A stretch of DNA of 22,932 nt from Bdellovibrionota bacterium. GTDB taxonomy: Bacteria > Bdellovibrionota_C > UBA2361 > OMIW01. The stretch spans positions 1-22,932 of the forward strand of contig JBIJBT010000044.1 in NCBI GenBank assembly GCA_044345055.1. The letters are read 5' to 3'. How positions within the stretch are numbered: position 1 is the stretch's first letter; the number at the start of each line of letters is the position of its first letter. Made by a program: the position numbers and the translations under genes. Positions 9,279-18,200 of this stretch are shown in pieces. The notes under the pieces are model-generated. The model saw only the letters and a list, made by a program, of their open reading frames with translations. It had not been told where the DNA came from and did no database searches.

Positions 9279-10140
9279 AACCTTTCTTTCATATCGTAGC
9301 TGCCGATGGATGATTATCACTTTTCTTAGTCTTATCGGCCTCTCTGTCTGGTATCTTCTTGATGCCCCTTTTGGTGGCAGAAATGGAGGTACAGTGTATG
9401 GCTATACAGTTGGTATTCTTTGCGCTCTTCTTATTGTTTACCTAATGTGGTTTGGTGTGCGCAAACGTTCTTATTACGCAGCTCGAACTACCCTTCAAGG
9501 GTGGCTTTCTGCGCATGTATGGATCGGATTTGGTCTGACACTTGGTGTTTTGCTTCACAGCGGTTTTCAGCTTGGATGGAATGTTCACTCAGCTGCGTAT
9601 CTTTTAATGGTCGCAACGATTGTGTCCGGAATATGGGGAGTCTTTAATTATCGGGTTATGCCATTTCAGACCCCTTCAAATCGTGGGGGAGCATCACTAT
9701 CGGGACTCATCGACCGGGTCGAACAGATAAGTTCTGAGCTGGATGAAGCGAAAAGAGGTGGAAGCACAGCGATTGAAAAGCTTGTAAAAAAACTCAACAC
9801 GGAGCGTATTCCCACTCCTTTTGGTGCGCTCATCTTTACACACGCAGAGGTTGTTCTGGATCCACGGTTAGCGGCAGAGGCGTTACGAGATGTGCCTGAG
9901 GTTGATCTTGAATTGGGACACCGATTAATTCAGCTTATCGACAGCCGTTATGAATTACTTCATCAGATAAGGCGCGAAGTGCGAGCTCAAGCGTTGTTGC
10001 GGCTTTGGTTGTATCTCCATATCCCTCTTGCATTTGGGACTGTTACTGCCCTAATTATTCACATCTTCGTCGTTTTCTACTATCACGAGCCGCGCCTCGA
10101 GGATCTCTCTATCGGGAGATATGGCTTGTTTTCAGAGTAG
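9268..10140 (+). CDS. Polytopic membrane protein, probable diheme b cytochrome
   Basis: About 5 hydrophobic helices with two H-x13-H pairs (H83/H97 and H251/H265). Strong SD aaggaggtg; the GTG start overlaps the end of the upstream gene by 11 nt. Confidence 0.7.
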   Translation: MSSETFLSYRSCRWMIITFLSLIGLSVWYLLDAPFGGRNGGTVYGYTVGILCALLIVYLMWFGVRKRSYYAARTTLQGWLSAHVWIGFGLTLGVLLHSGFQLGWNVHSAAYLLMVATIVSGIWGVFNYRVMPFQTPSNRGGASLSGLIDRVEQISSELDEAKRGGSTAIEKLVKKLNTERIPTPFGALIFTHAEVVLDPRLAAEALRDVPEVDLELGHRLIQLIDSRYELLHQIRREVRAQALLRLWLYLHIPLAFGTVTALIIHIFVVFYYHEPRLEDLSIGRYGLFSE

Positions 10141-10243
10141 TTATTTGAGAGCGAAAAAATTTGACATTTTGCTGAGCAGGCTTTTTCAGATTTCGGTAAG
10201 GAAAAATATTAATTCGCAAACGGTTTAAAAAGGGGGAGGGGGA

Positions 10244-11473
10244 GTGGGAGAGAGGAAAGAGGATTTAAAGGGTAAACGAGCAAGTAAGCTGATGGTGGCT
10301 GCCTGTTTGCCTAGTATTGGATTCCTCTCGGTACTTATTTGCGTTGCTATTATTGCCCTTTTTTTTGGTCGTCCTCTCCTAAATATTAGTACGAGCCGCG
10401 ATCTTTGGAGTACCGGCCCTCTCACGAGTCATCACGCTTTTATCGGTTCTGATTGTAAAGCGTGCCATCAGGGCGCATTTGAAAGAGTTGCTGACAAGAG
10501 TTGTGAAGGGTGTCACCAGGTTGCTTCTCATTCTAAAAATAACCACCCAGCAAATAGCTCTTCGACCGCCTGTATCGCGTGTCATAGCGAGCACGAAGGA
10601 GAGACAAAACTAATTCCAGCCAGTAATTCTCTTTGCACGAACTGCCACGCATCTCTCACGGATAAGAAGACCAAAACAACACTTAGAAATGTCGGTTCGT
10701 TTGCAGAGCACCCGGAAGTTCATGACAAAATCGACCATGGATTGGTCAGGCTAAATCATAAGATTCATACAGCAGCTAACCTGCGTGGGCCCGATGGAGA
10801 TGTTCAACTCCAGTGTAGCGATTGTCATCATCGCGATGAGGATAAAAAACTCTTTAAGCCAGTAACCTATGCAAGAGACTGCGCGCGGTGTCACCCACTA
10901 TCATTTGATGAAAACCTTCCGACAAAAGTCGCTCCTCATGGTGAGCCACAGGATGTACTTGATTTTCTCCTCGGTGAATATGCAAAGCAAAGAGAGTTTG
11001 CTCGATTAGGAAAAGTAACCCCCGTTGATTCAACTTCGGATCGTGTACTCCCTGCTCGTGTAAAAGATGATTTTAATGACCCATCCCTGATTGCTTCTCT
11101 GCGCCAGGCGGAATCACTACTTTTTACTAAAACAGGATGTAATCTTTGTCACGTAGTCTCCGAAAAATCGCCTAACAAAGAGAATGTTGTTTTAGTGGAT
11201 AATCTTGAGACTCATTTTAATATTGAGATAAATGAGGCACCCCGTGTTTGGCTCGATAAAGCCCGATTCACTCACGATCCGCACTCTCATTTTTCGTGTA
11301 AGTCGTGTCATGACGGTGTAACGAAATCTGAAAAGAGTTCCGATCTTCTTATACCAGGGATAGAAGGGTGCAAGGAGTGTCATGGAGATAGGCGGGAAAA
11401 AAATGGGAGGGTAGGTTTACAGTCTACCTGCATTACCTGTCATGACTATCATGGAGAAGAGAGTAAAGATTGA
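10244..11473 (+). CDS. Membrane-anchored periplasmic decaheme c-type cytochrome (cytochrome c3/c7-like repeats)
   Basis: N-terminal TM helix and ten CxxCH: CKACH, CEGCH, CIACH, CTNCH, CSDCH, CARCH, CNLCH, CKSCH, CKECH, CITCH. c3/c7-type distal His motifs LNHKIH and FTHDPH. Confidence 0.92.
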   Translation: MGERKEDLKGKRASKLMVAACLPSIGFLSVLICVAIIALFFGRPLLNISTSRDLWSTGPLTSHHAFIGSDCKACHQGAFERVADKSCEGCHQVASHSKNNHPANSSSTACIACHSEHEGETKLIPASNSLCTNCHASLTDKKTKTTLRNVGSFAEHPEVHDKIDHGLVRLNHKIHTAANLRGPDGDVQLQCSDCHHRDEDKKLFKPVTYARDCARCHPLSFDENLPTKVAPHGEPQDVLDFLLGEYAKQREFARLGKVTPVDSTSDRVLPARVKDDFNDPSLIASLRQAESLLFTKTGCNLCHVVSEKSPNKENVVLVDNLETHFNIEINEAPRVWLDKARFTHDPHSHFSCKSCHDGVTKSEKSSDLLIPGIEGCKECHGDRREKNGRVGLQSTCITCHDYHGEESKD

Positions 11474-11539
11474 GAAGTAGTTTATGCTGGGCGTGATAAT
11501 GCTGTCGGAGTTTGGGGGAAGCTATTGGGGAGAATATGG

Positions 11540-13453
11540 ATGTTTAGTCGGATGAAGCTGCTGGTAGCAAAATTGGAAATGCCGCAAGATAATTACTCGC
11601 TTTTGCGGCGCTCAGCGATAATGACCGGTAGTATGGCACTATCGTTGGCAGGATGCGGCGGTGGTGGCTCCTCGCAAAATGGTGAAGTTGGAGGGTGCGA
11701 TGGTTCTTGTGCCAATCAGGTCCTTACTTCTGAAGAGGTCTCACTCGTTATCCGTCGGGGAGTCGCTGCAGCATCAGCGATTGGGGTAAGCGCTACATTT
11801 TCGGTTGTTGATCGGGTTGGCAATGTACTAGCGGTATATCAGATGTCAAAAAGCCCATCAATCACCCGGATTGATGGGAAGATCGGTGCTGTCGGAGGTT
11901 TAGAGGGAGCAACTGTTCCCGCAGCTCTTGCGGCGATCTCAAAAGCTGGGACGGGCGCATATCTCTCAAGCCAAGGCCAGGCGTTCTCCACACGTACTGC
12001 GGGTCAAATTATTCAGGAGCATTTTTATCCACTGGAGAAACGCCAACCATCGGGCCCCCTTTTTGGTGTCCAATTTTCCCAGCTTCCATGCAGCGATATT
12101 CTAAAACGGAGCTCCGGTCCTCGGCCTTTGCCCCTTGGACTCTCGGCAGATCCCGGAGGGATTCCGCTCTACAAACAGGGCGATGTTGTCGGTGGTGTGG
12201 GTGTTGAATTTGATGGCTTATATACTCTCGATCGAAACGTTTTTGATCGAGACGATAGTGGAGAAGAGAAGATAGCGCTTGCAGCGGCGTTTGGATTTAG
12301 TGTTCCGCCAAGTAGGCGCGCTGATTCGATTATAATAGGAGGTAAAGCGCTTCTTTTCGCCGATGAAAATTACCCCGAGGAGGACCCACTCGTAGCAGAA
12401 GTCCCAATCAATCAGTCGGGTTTTGTCAAAGTTGCGCCATTTTTTAACGGGAATGTCCGCGGTGGTGTTCTTTTTGGAACACCAGAGTCAGGGATTGTAA
12501 ATTCGGTAAGAGTTGGAATTCCATCTGCGATATTTCTCGGAATGGGTGAGGAGAGTAATGCAGGTGCCCGCCTCCCGGGTGGATTAGAGCTTCGCCCAGA
12601 TGAGGTCGATGCAATTCTTGATTCAGCTATTTTGACTGCCCAGCGGTCACGAGCCGCGATCCGTAATCCCCTCGATACTCCAGCGAGAGTTTCGATTTGG
12701 GTCGTCGATCATCAGGGTACCGCGTTGGGTTTTACTCGCTCTCAAGATGCGCCCGTTTTTGGGCTTGATGTTGCGCTCCAGAAAGCGCGAACCGCCGCTT
12801 TTTTTAGCTCTCCCGATGCATCATCGCAGCTTTCTCGCGCAGGTTTTGTAGGCTATCGGGAAGCAAGCAGTGTCTTCTTTTCAAGAGATCCCTTTTCAGG
12901 GAACGCATTTTCAAGCCGAGCAATCGGCAATATCGCACGCCCATTTTTTATTGATGGAATCGATGGAAACCCAAACGGGCCGCTCTCACTTCCATTTCCG
13001 GGGATAGCTGGCTCGTCGAGCGGCAAATCTTGGAGTCCCTTTAACACCGGTCTTCAGCTCGATCTTTCATTGAATGCCATTCTTGCGCCGCTCTCAGGCT
13101 CGATTCCTCGAAGTTGCGCCACTTCAGTGATTGGAGGTCGTCTTGGTAACGGGATTCAGATTTTTCCGGGAGGAGTGCCGCTCTATCGCGGAGGACAGCT
13201 CATTGGTGCGATCGGAGTAAGTGGAGATGGTGTTGACCAGGATGATCTTATCGCGTTCCATGGTGCGAGCAGAGGTGGTCTCGACTATGCAGGACATCCA
13301 TCAATTGGAGATGCAGTCCTAGGTTTTAACGCGCCTACTTCGATCCGAAGCGATACCGTAGAGGGGCCTTTCAATGATTCTCGTTTGCGATACGTGAATT
13401 GTCCGGAGGCTCCGTTTATCGCTGATAATGATCAAAGAGTGTGTCGGGAGTAG
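11540..13453 (+). CDS. Lipoprotein with two GlcG/HbpS (PduO-C-like) putative heme-binding domains
   Basis: Lipobox LAGC (Cys codon 11654-11656) followed by a GGGG linker. Two copies of the family signature: VVDRVGNVL…GGIPLYKQGDVVGGVGV and VVDHQGTAL…KARTA…GGVPLYRGGQLIGAIGVSGDGVDQDD. The start is uncertain (11525, 11540 or 11579). Confidence 0.82.
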   Translation: MFSRMKLLVAKLEMPQDNYSLLRRSAIMTGSMALSLAGCGGGGSSQNGEVGGCDGSCANQVLTSEEVSLVIRRGVAAASAIGVSATFSVVDRVGNVLAVYQMSKSPSITRIDGKIGAVGGLEGATVPAALAAISKAGTGAYLSSQGQAFSTRTAGQIIQEHFYPLEKRQPSGPLFGVQFSQLPCSDILKRSSGPRPLPLGLSADPGGIPLYKQGDVVGGVGVEFDGLYTLDRNVFDRDDSGEEKIALAAAFGFSVPPSRRADSIIIGGKALLFADENYPEEDPLVAEVPINQSGFVKVAPFFNGNVRGGVLFGTPESGIVNSVRVGIPSAIFLGMGEESNAGARLPGGLELRPDEVDAILDSAILTAQRSRAAIRNPLDTPARVSIWVVDHQGTALGFTRSQDAPVFGLDVALQKARTAAFFSSPDASSQLSRAGFVGYREASSVFFSRDPFSGNAFSSRAIGNIARPFFIDGIDGNPNGPLSLPFPGIAGSSSGKSWSPFNTGLQLDLSLNAILAPLSGSIPRSCATSVIGGRLGNGIQIFPGGVPLYRGGQLIGAIGVSGDGVDQDDLIAFHGASRGGLDYAGHPSIGDAVLGFNAPTSIRSDTVEGPFNDSRLRYVNCPEAPFIADNDQRVCRE

Positions 13454-13457
13454 CTGT

Positions 13458-15236
13458 ATGAGGACACATTTTAACTCAATTAATAGGGCATACCGGTTAA
13501 AGGTGTTGCTCCATGCGCTGCCGATTGGATGTGCGTGTCTTTTTTTCTCTCCGATGATAGTAGCGGCACAAGATGAAGGCCGACAAATTCCTCGAAAAAC
13601 ACCTGTGAAGTCTAACGAATCGGAAGTAGCTTTTGATCCATCCGTATATGAATCGGTTCCAGAGAGAGATTCATCAGCTTCTAATTTTGTTCCAGTACCT
13701 GACCGATGGAGTCAATTTTATAAGGGACGTTGGTACGATCCGTACAACCAAAATCGATTAAAGGGAGACCTTCCTATTTTTGGAAAGCCGGGTGAGGAGT
13801 GGTTCGTTGAGATCTCGGCGACCTCAGATACGATGCTCGAATGTAGACAGCTACCAACACCAGTTGGTGGTCCGTCGACTAATCAACCGGGGAGTATTGA
13901 TACTTTCGGAGGAGGAAAACAGAGTGTCGTGGCACAAACGGTGCTTACATCTGTTTCGCTTATAAAAGGTGACACGACTTTTCGACCCCCCGATCTTGAG
14001 TTTCGTTTTACCCCAGTTTTTCAGATTAATCGGGTCGATCTTCAGGAAAACGGAGCAACTCGGGTAAATCCGGCTCAAGGTTCAGGGCGGGAAGATTCTC
14101 ACCTCGGTGTTCAGGAACTGTTTGCTGATATCCATCTTACAAATCTAAGTGATCGATACGATTTCCTCTCGACTCGGGTTGGGATACAGAAATTTTCGAG
14201 TGACTTTCGTGGATTTATTTATTCTGATGAGGAGCCAGGAATTAGACTTTTCGGAAACTACGATAATAATAAGATCCAGTACAACCTCGCTTGGTTTTCT
14301 CGCCTAGATAAAGACACTAATACGAGCCTTAATACTTTCTCAGATAGACATGAGCAGGTCGTCATCGCAAATGCCTTTTTTCAGGATCTAGTAACGCTCG
14401 GTCATTCTCTCCAATTCAGTATTTTGCATCGGGAGGATTCAGCGGGAGACCACGGTTATCACTATAATAATAACGGGTTTCTTATTAGACCTGCATCGAT
14501 CGGGAATCTTATACCGAAAAATATATCATCAACCTATTTTGGTATCTCGGGTGATGGTCATATTGGAAGAATTAATACAACCACTGCTGCTTATTTTGTA
14601 ACTGGCTCAGAGAGTTACAATCCGATAGCACAAAGAGGTACTGATATTGCAGCGGGAATGTTCGCACAGGAGATCTCTTACGATATCGATTGGATCCGTC
14701 TTCGAGGCTCATATTTTTGGGCTTCGGGGGATCGCGATCCAACTGATGGAAGAGCGACCGGATTTGATGCCGTTTTTGATAATTCTAATTTTGGTGGTGG
14801 TGATCTCTCTTTTTGGCAACGTCAGGGTATTCCATTCATTGGAGGTGGAGGGGTAAATCTCGTAAATCGTAACAGTCTCTTGCCTAATCTTCGTCCCGGA
14901 AAAGAGGAGGGGCAGTCCAACTTTGTTAATCCTGGGGTGCGGCTCTATAACGGAGGAATCGATTTTGATCTGACGCCGAAACTTAAATTGGTCAACAATT
15001 TATCCTTTATCCAATTTGATTCGACCGAAACGATAAGCTTTTTACGGCACGATGGATCGTTGAATAATTCTCTTGGTTACGATCTCTCGAGCGGTTTTCT
15101 GTATCGTCCCTTTCTAAATAACAATGTCCAAATTCGAGCGGGTGCTGCGGCGTTTCTTGTAGATAAGGGATTTGAAAATCTCTTCGGCAGTGATCCCCTA
15201 TATCAGGTATTTTCTAATGTCATCTTCCAGTTCTAA
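13458..15236 (+). CDS. Outer-membrane beta-barrel protein (porin-like, alginate-export-like motif)
   Basis: Signal peptide (…PMIVAA|Q), amphipathic G/N/D/F/Y-rich strands, C-terminal VFSNVIFQF with terminal Phe (BAM signal), and ASGDRDPTDG resembling AlgE-family loops. Likely ATG at 13458, 4 nt after the upstream stop. Confidence 0.78.
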   Translation: MRTHFNSINRAYRLKVLLHALPIGCACLFFSPMIVAAQDEGRQIPRKTPVKSNESEVAFDPSVYESVPERDSSASNFVPVPDRWSQFYKGRWYDPYNQNRLKGDLPIFGKPGEEWFVEISATSDTMLECRQLPTPVGGPSTNQPGSIDTFGGGKQSVVAQTVLTSVSLIKGDTTFRPPDLEFRFTPVFQINRVDLQENGATRVNPAQGSGREDSHLGVQELFADIHLTNLSDRYDFLSTRVGIQKFSSDFRGFIYSDEEPGIRLFGNYDNNKIQYNLAWFSRLDKDTNTSLNTFSDRHEQVVIANAFFQDLVTLGHSLQFSILHREDSAGDHGYHYNNNGFLIRPASIGNLIPKNISSTYFGISGDGHIGRINTTTAAYFVTGSESYNPIAQRGTDIAAGMFAQEISYDIDWIRLRGSYFWASGDRDPTDGRATGFDAVFDNSNFGGGDLSFWQRQGIPFIGGGGVNLVNRNSLLPNLRPGKEEGQSNFVNPGVRLYNGGIDFDLTPKLKLVNNLSFIQFDSTETISFLRHDGSLNNSLGYDLSSGFLYRPFLNNNVQIRAGAAAFLVDKGFENLFGSDPLYQVFSNVIFQF

Positions 15237-18200
15237 AGCAAAAAAGGCGATCCTTTTTCTCTCCGCATTAGTAGTTGGATGTTCGGTCGCATTCGCTGAT
15301 GACACAATCAGAATGGGGCTCACTAAGGCTCATCAGGAATCAATGAGTGCTGGGTGCAGAAGCTGTCATACAGCTTCTGATTCAGAGACGATGCATAAAA
15401 ATCCGGCGGTCACAATCGGATGCGCGGACTGTCATGGAGGTAATTCAAAGATTTTTCGGGGAAGCTTTGCGCCCGAATCGAAAGAGTATGATGAACTAAA
15501 AAAGCAGGCGCATGTTTTGCCGACTGATCGAAAAACGTTTTCTACATCCGCTAATCCAAAACATAGCTATTCAAAGCTTTTAAAGGAGTCACCAGAGTTT
15601 GTTCGATTTTTTAATCCGGGCGATCTAAGGGTTGCACCGGAGGCGTGCGGTGGGTGTCATCAGGAGATTGTATCAGCGGTCCAAAAAAGTTTGATGACAA
15701 CTAGCGCGATGCTATGGGGAGGAGCCTCTTACAATAATAACATACTTCCCTACAAAAGGTATATTTTGGGCGAGAGTTACGCCAAGGATGGGACCCCTCA
15801 GAGCATTCATGCCGATACGAAACCTACCGATGCGCAAAGAGCTTTAGGGGTTCTTGATAGCCTTTTTCCTCTTCCCCAATGGGAAGTTACAAGTCCAGGG
15901 GATGTCTTTCGGGTGTTCGAGCGAGGTGGGCTTTTTATTCGGTCGCAATTTCCCGAAATTGGAAATCCGAATCCCCTTGAGGAGCCGGGTAAACCTGATA
16001 TTCGAGCATCAAATAGAGGTCCAGGCACCGGATCTCGGGTGTCAATTCCGGTCCTAAATATTCACAAAACAAGACTCAACGATCCCCACCTTTCGTTTCT
16101 TGGAACAAATGATCATCCGGGCGATTACCGCAGTAGCGGGTGTACCGCCTGTCACGCCATTTACTCTAACGACAGGCAGCCGCTTCACTCCGGAGATTAT
16201 GCTCAGCACGGTAATACTGGGCTTAGTATCTCAAAAGATCCGACGATTCCAAGAGATGAATCGGGTCATCCACTTCGTCACGAGTTTACCCGCGCGATTC
16301 CGACGAGTCAGTGTATGGTGTGTCATATGCACCAGCCGAATATGTTCGTTAACTCATATCTCGGATACACGATGTGGGATTATGAGTCAGATGCCCCATC
16401 AATGTGGCCGAAAAAACAGAAATATCCGACTGACCGTGAGATATTTGAGTCCAATTACAAAAATCCCGAGGCTGCGGCGGTTCGTGGTCTTTGGAGTGAT
16501 GAGCAATTTTTAAATGAGGTCATAAAGCTAAATGCGGATCTGAAAGATACCCAATTTGCTGATTATCACGGCCATGGGTGGAACTTTCGGGCGATATTTA
16601 AAAGAGATCGGAAGGGTAATCTCCTCGATAAGAGCGGAAATAGGGTTGCGCACGATGATCCGAAAAAGTTCAAGAAGGCGGTCCATCTGGCAGATATTCA
16701 CCTTGAAAAAGGGATGCACTGCTCTGACTGCCATTTTGGAGGAGATGCTCACGGTAATGGGAATATGTATGGTGAAGTAGCTCACGCAGTTGAAATCGGA
16801 TGTATTGATTGCCACGGATCTGTCTCTAAACGAGCAACTCTAAAAACCTCTGGACCGGCAGCTCCTCAGGGTGGAACTGATCTTTCGCTCAAGAGGACTC
16901 CCTTTGGTGAGGAGCTTTTTTCCTGGAAGAGTGATGGATTATATCAACGCTCGATGGTTACTAAAGGGCTCGAGTGGCGCGTTAAACAGGTTCGTGACTC
17001 ACTCGATCCAGCGAGTCCGCACTATAATAAAAAATCGGCCCAGGCAAAGAGTGCGCTGCGGTTTTCAGCAAATGTAAAAGAGGTCTCATTTGGGGATCTA
17101 AAGGCGATTGATGCTGCGGGGAAAAAGCTGCCGGAGCTTCTAGCTCATTCCGAAGATACAATGTCGTGCTTTACCTGTCACAGCTCATGGGTTACTAGCT
17201 GTGCCGGATGTCATCTTCCGATTGAGGCGAATTGGAAGAAAGAATCGAACCACTACGACGGAAAAACGAGCCGAAACTTGGCAACCTATAATCCTCAGGT
17301 TGCCCGTGACGATATGTTCCAGATCGGAAAACATGGGCCAGCAAAGGGAAATAGAATTGTACCAGTCCGCTCTTCGAGTGCCCTTATTCTGAGCTCGACA
17401 GATATCAATCGCCAGAAGATTTATGTGCAGCAACCTCCGGTATCTGCCGCGGGCTTTAGCTCTCAGGCCTTCGCACCGCATTTTCCTCACACAGTGCGTA
17501 CTACAGAGACGAAAGGATGCGCTGATTGTCATATCTCAAAACAAAATGATAACAACGCAATTATGGCCCAGCTCCTGCTGCAGGGTACAAACTTCGTCAA
17601 TTTCATGGGCTATCATACCTATGTTGCGACGGGAAGTGAGGGATTTGAGGCGATTCAGGTGACGGAGTGGGAGGAACCTCAGGCGGTGATCGGCAGCTAT
17701 CTCCATCGATATGCTTATCCAGATTTCTATAAGGCTCATCAGGAACGAGGGGGCAAACTTCAAACATCTCACCATCACGGGAGTGAAGGGGGTGCAATAA
17801 ATGCGATACAGCTTCGAGGCGAATATCTGTATACCACCGCTGATGAGGACGGGTTTCGAGTCTTTGATGTTGCGGAGGTCGCAAACAAGGGATTCTCGGA
17901 GCGAATTGTGACAGCCCCTGTTTCCCCGCTAGGTCAGGATACACATGTTCCCACCGCTCATGCGACAGGGATGGTGCTTCCGACGACTATGCCAATAGCA
18001 CCGTTTCGCAAGCCACTACCTGAAAACGAAGAGCAATCGATGCATCCATTGTATCGCTACGCTCTAATCACTGATTCGGAGGAGGGTTTAATTCTTGTTT
18101 CGGTTGATACTCTCGCAGATGGTGATCCGAGCAACAATTTTCTTGAAAGAGGGTTGACCTGGAACGAGGGGGGAGTACTTACCGGAGCCCGAACGATCGC

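Noticed and set aside
10161..10195. Perfect TTGACA as an internal sigma70 promoter before the decaheme gene
   Set aside because: There is no credible -10 hexamer at 16-18 nt spacing.
10232..10256. G-runs (gggggagggggagtggg) as a G-quadruplex or phase-variable tract
   Set aside because: The runs are short and adequately explained by a GGAGG Shine-Dalgarno plus the GTG start.
11487..11503. GG-N10-GC as a sigma54 promoter upstream of the lipoprotein
   Set aside because: Only the core dinucleotides match; the CACG and TT positions do not.
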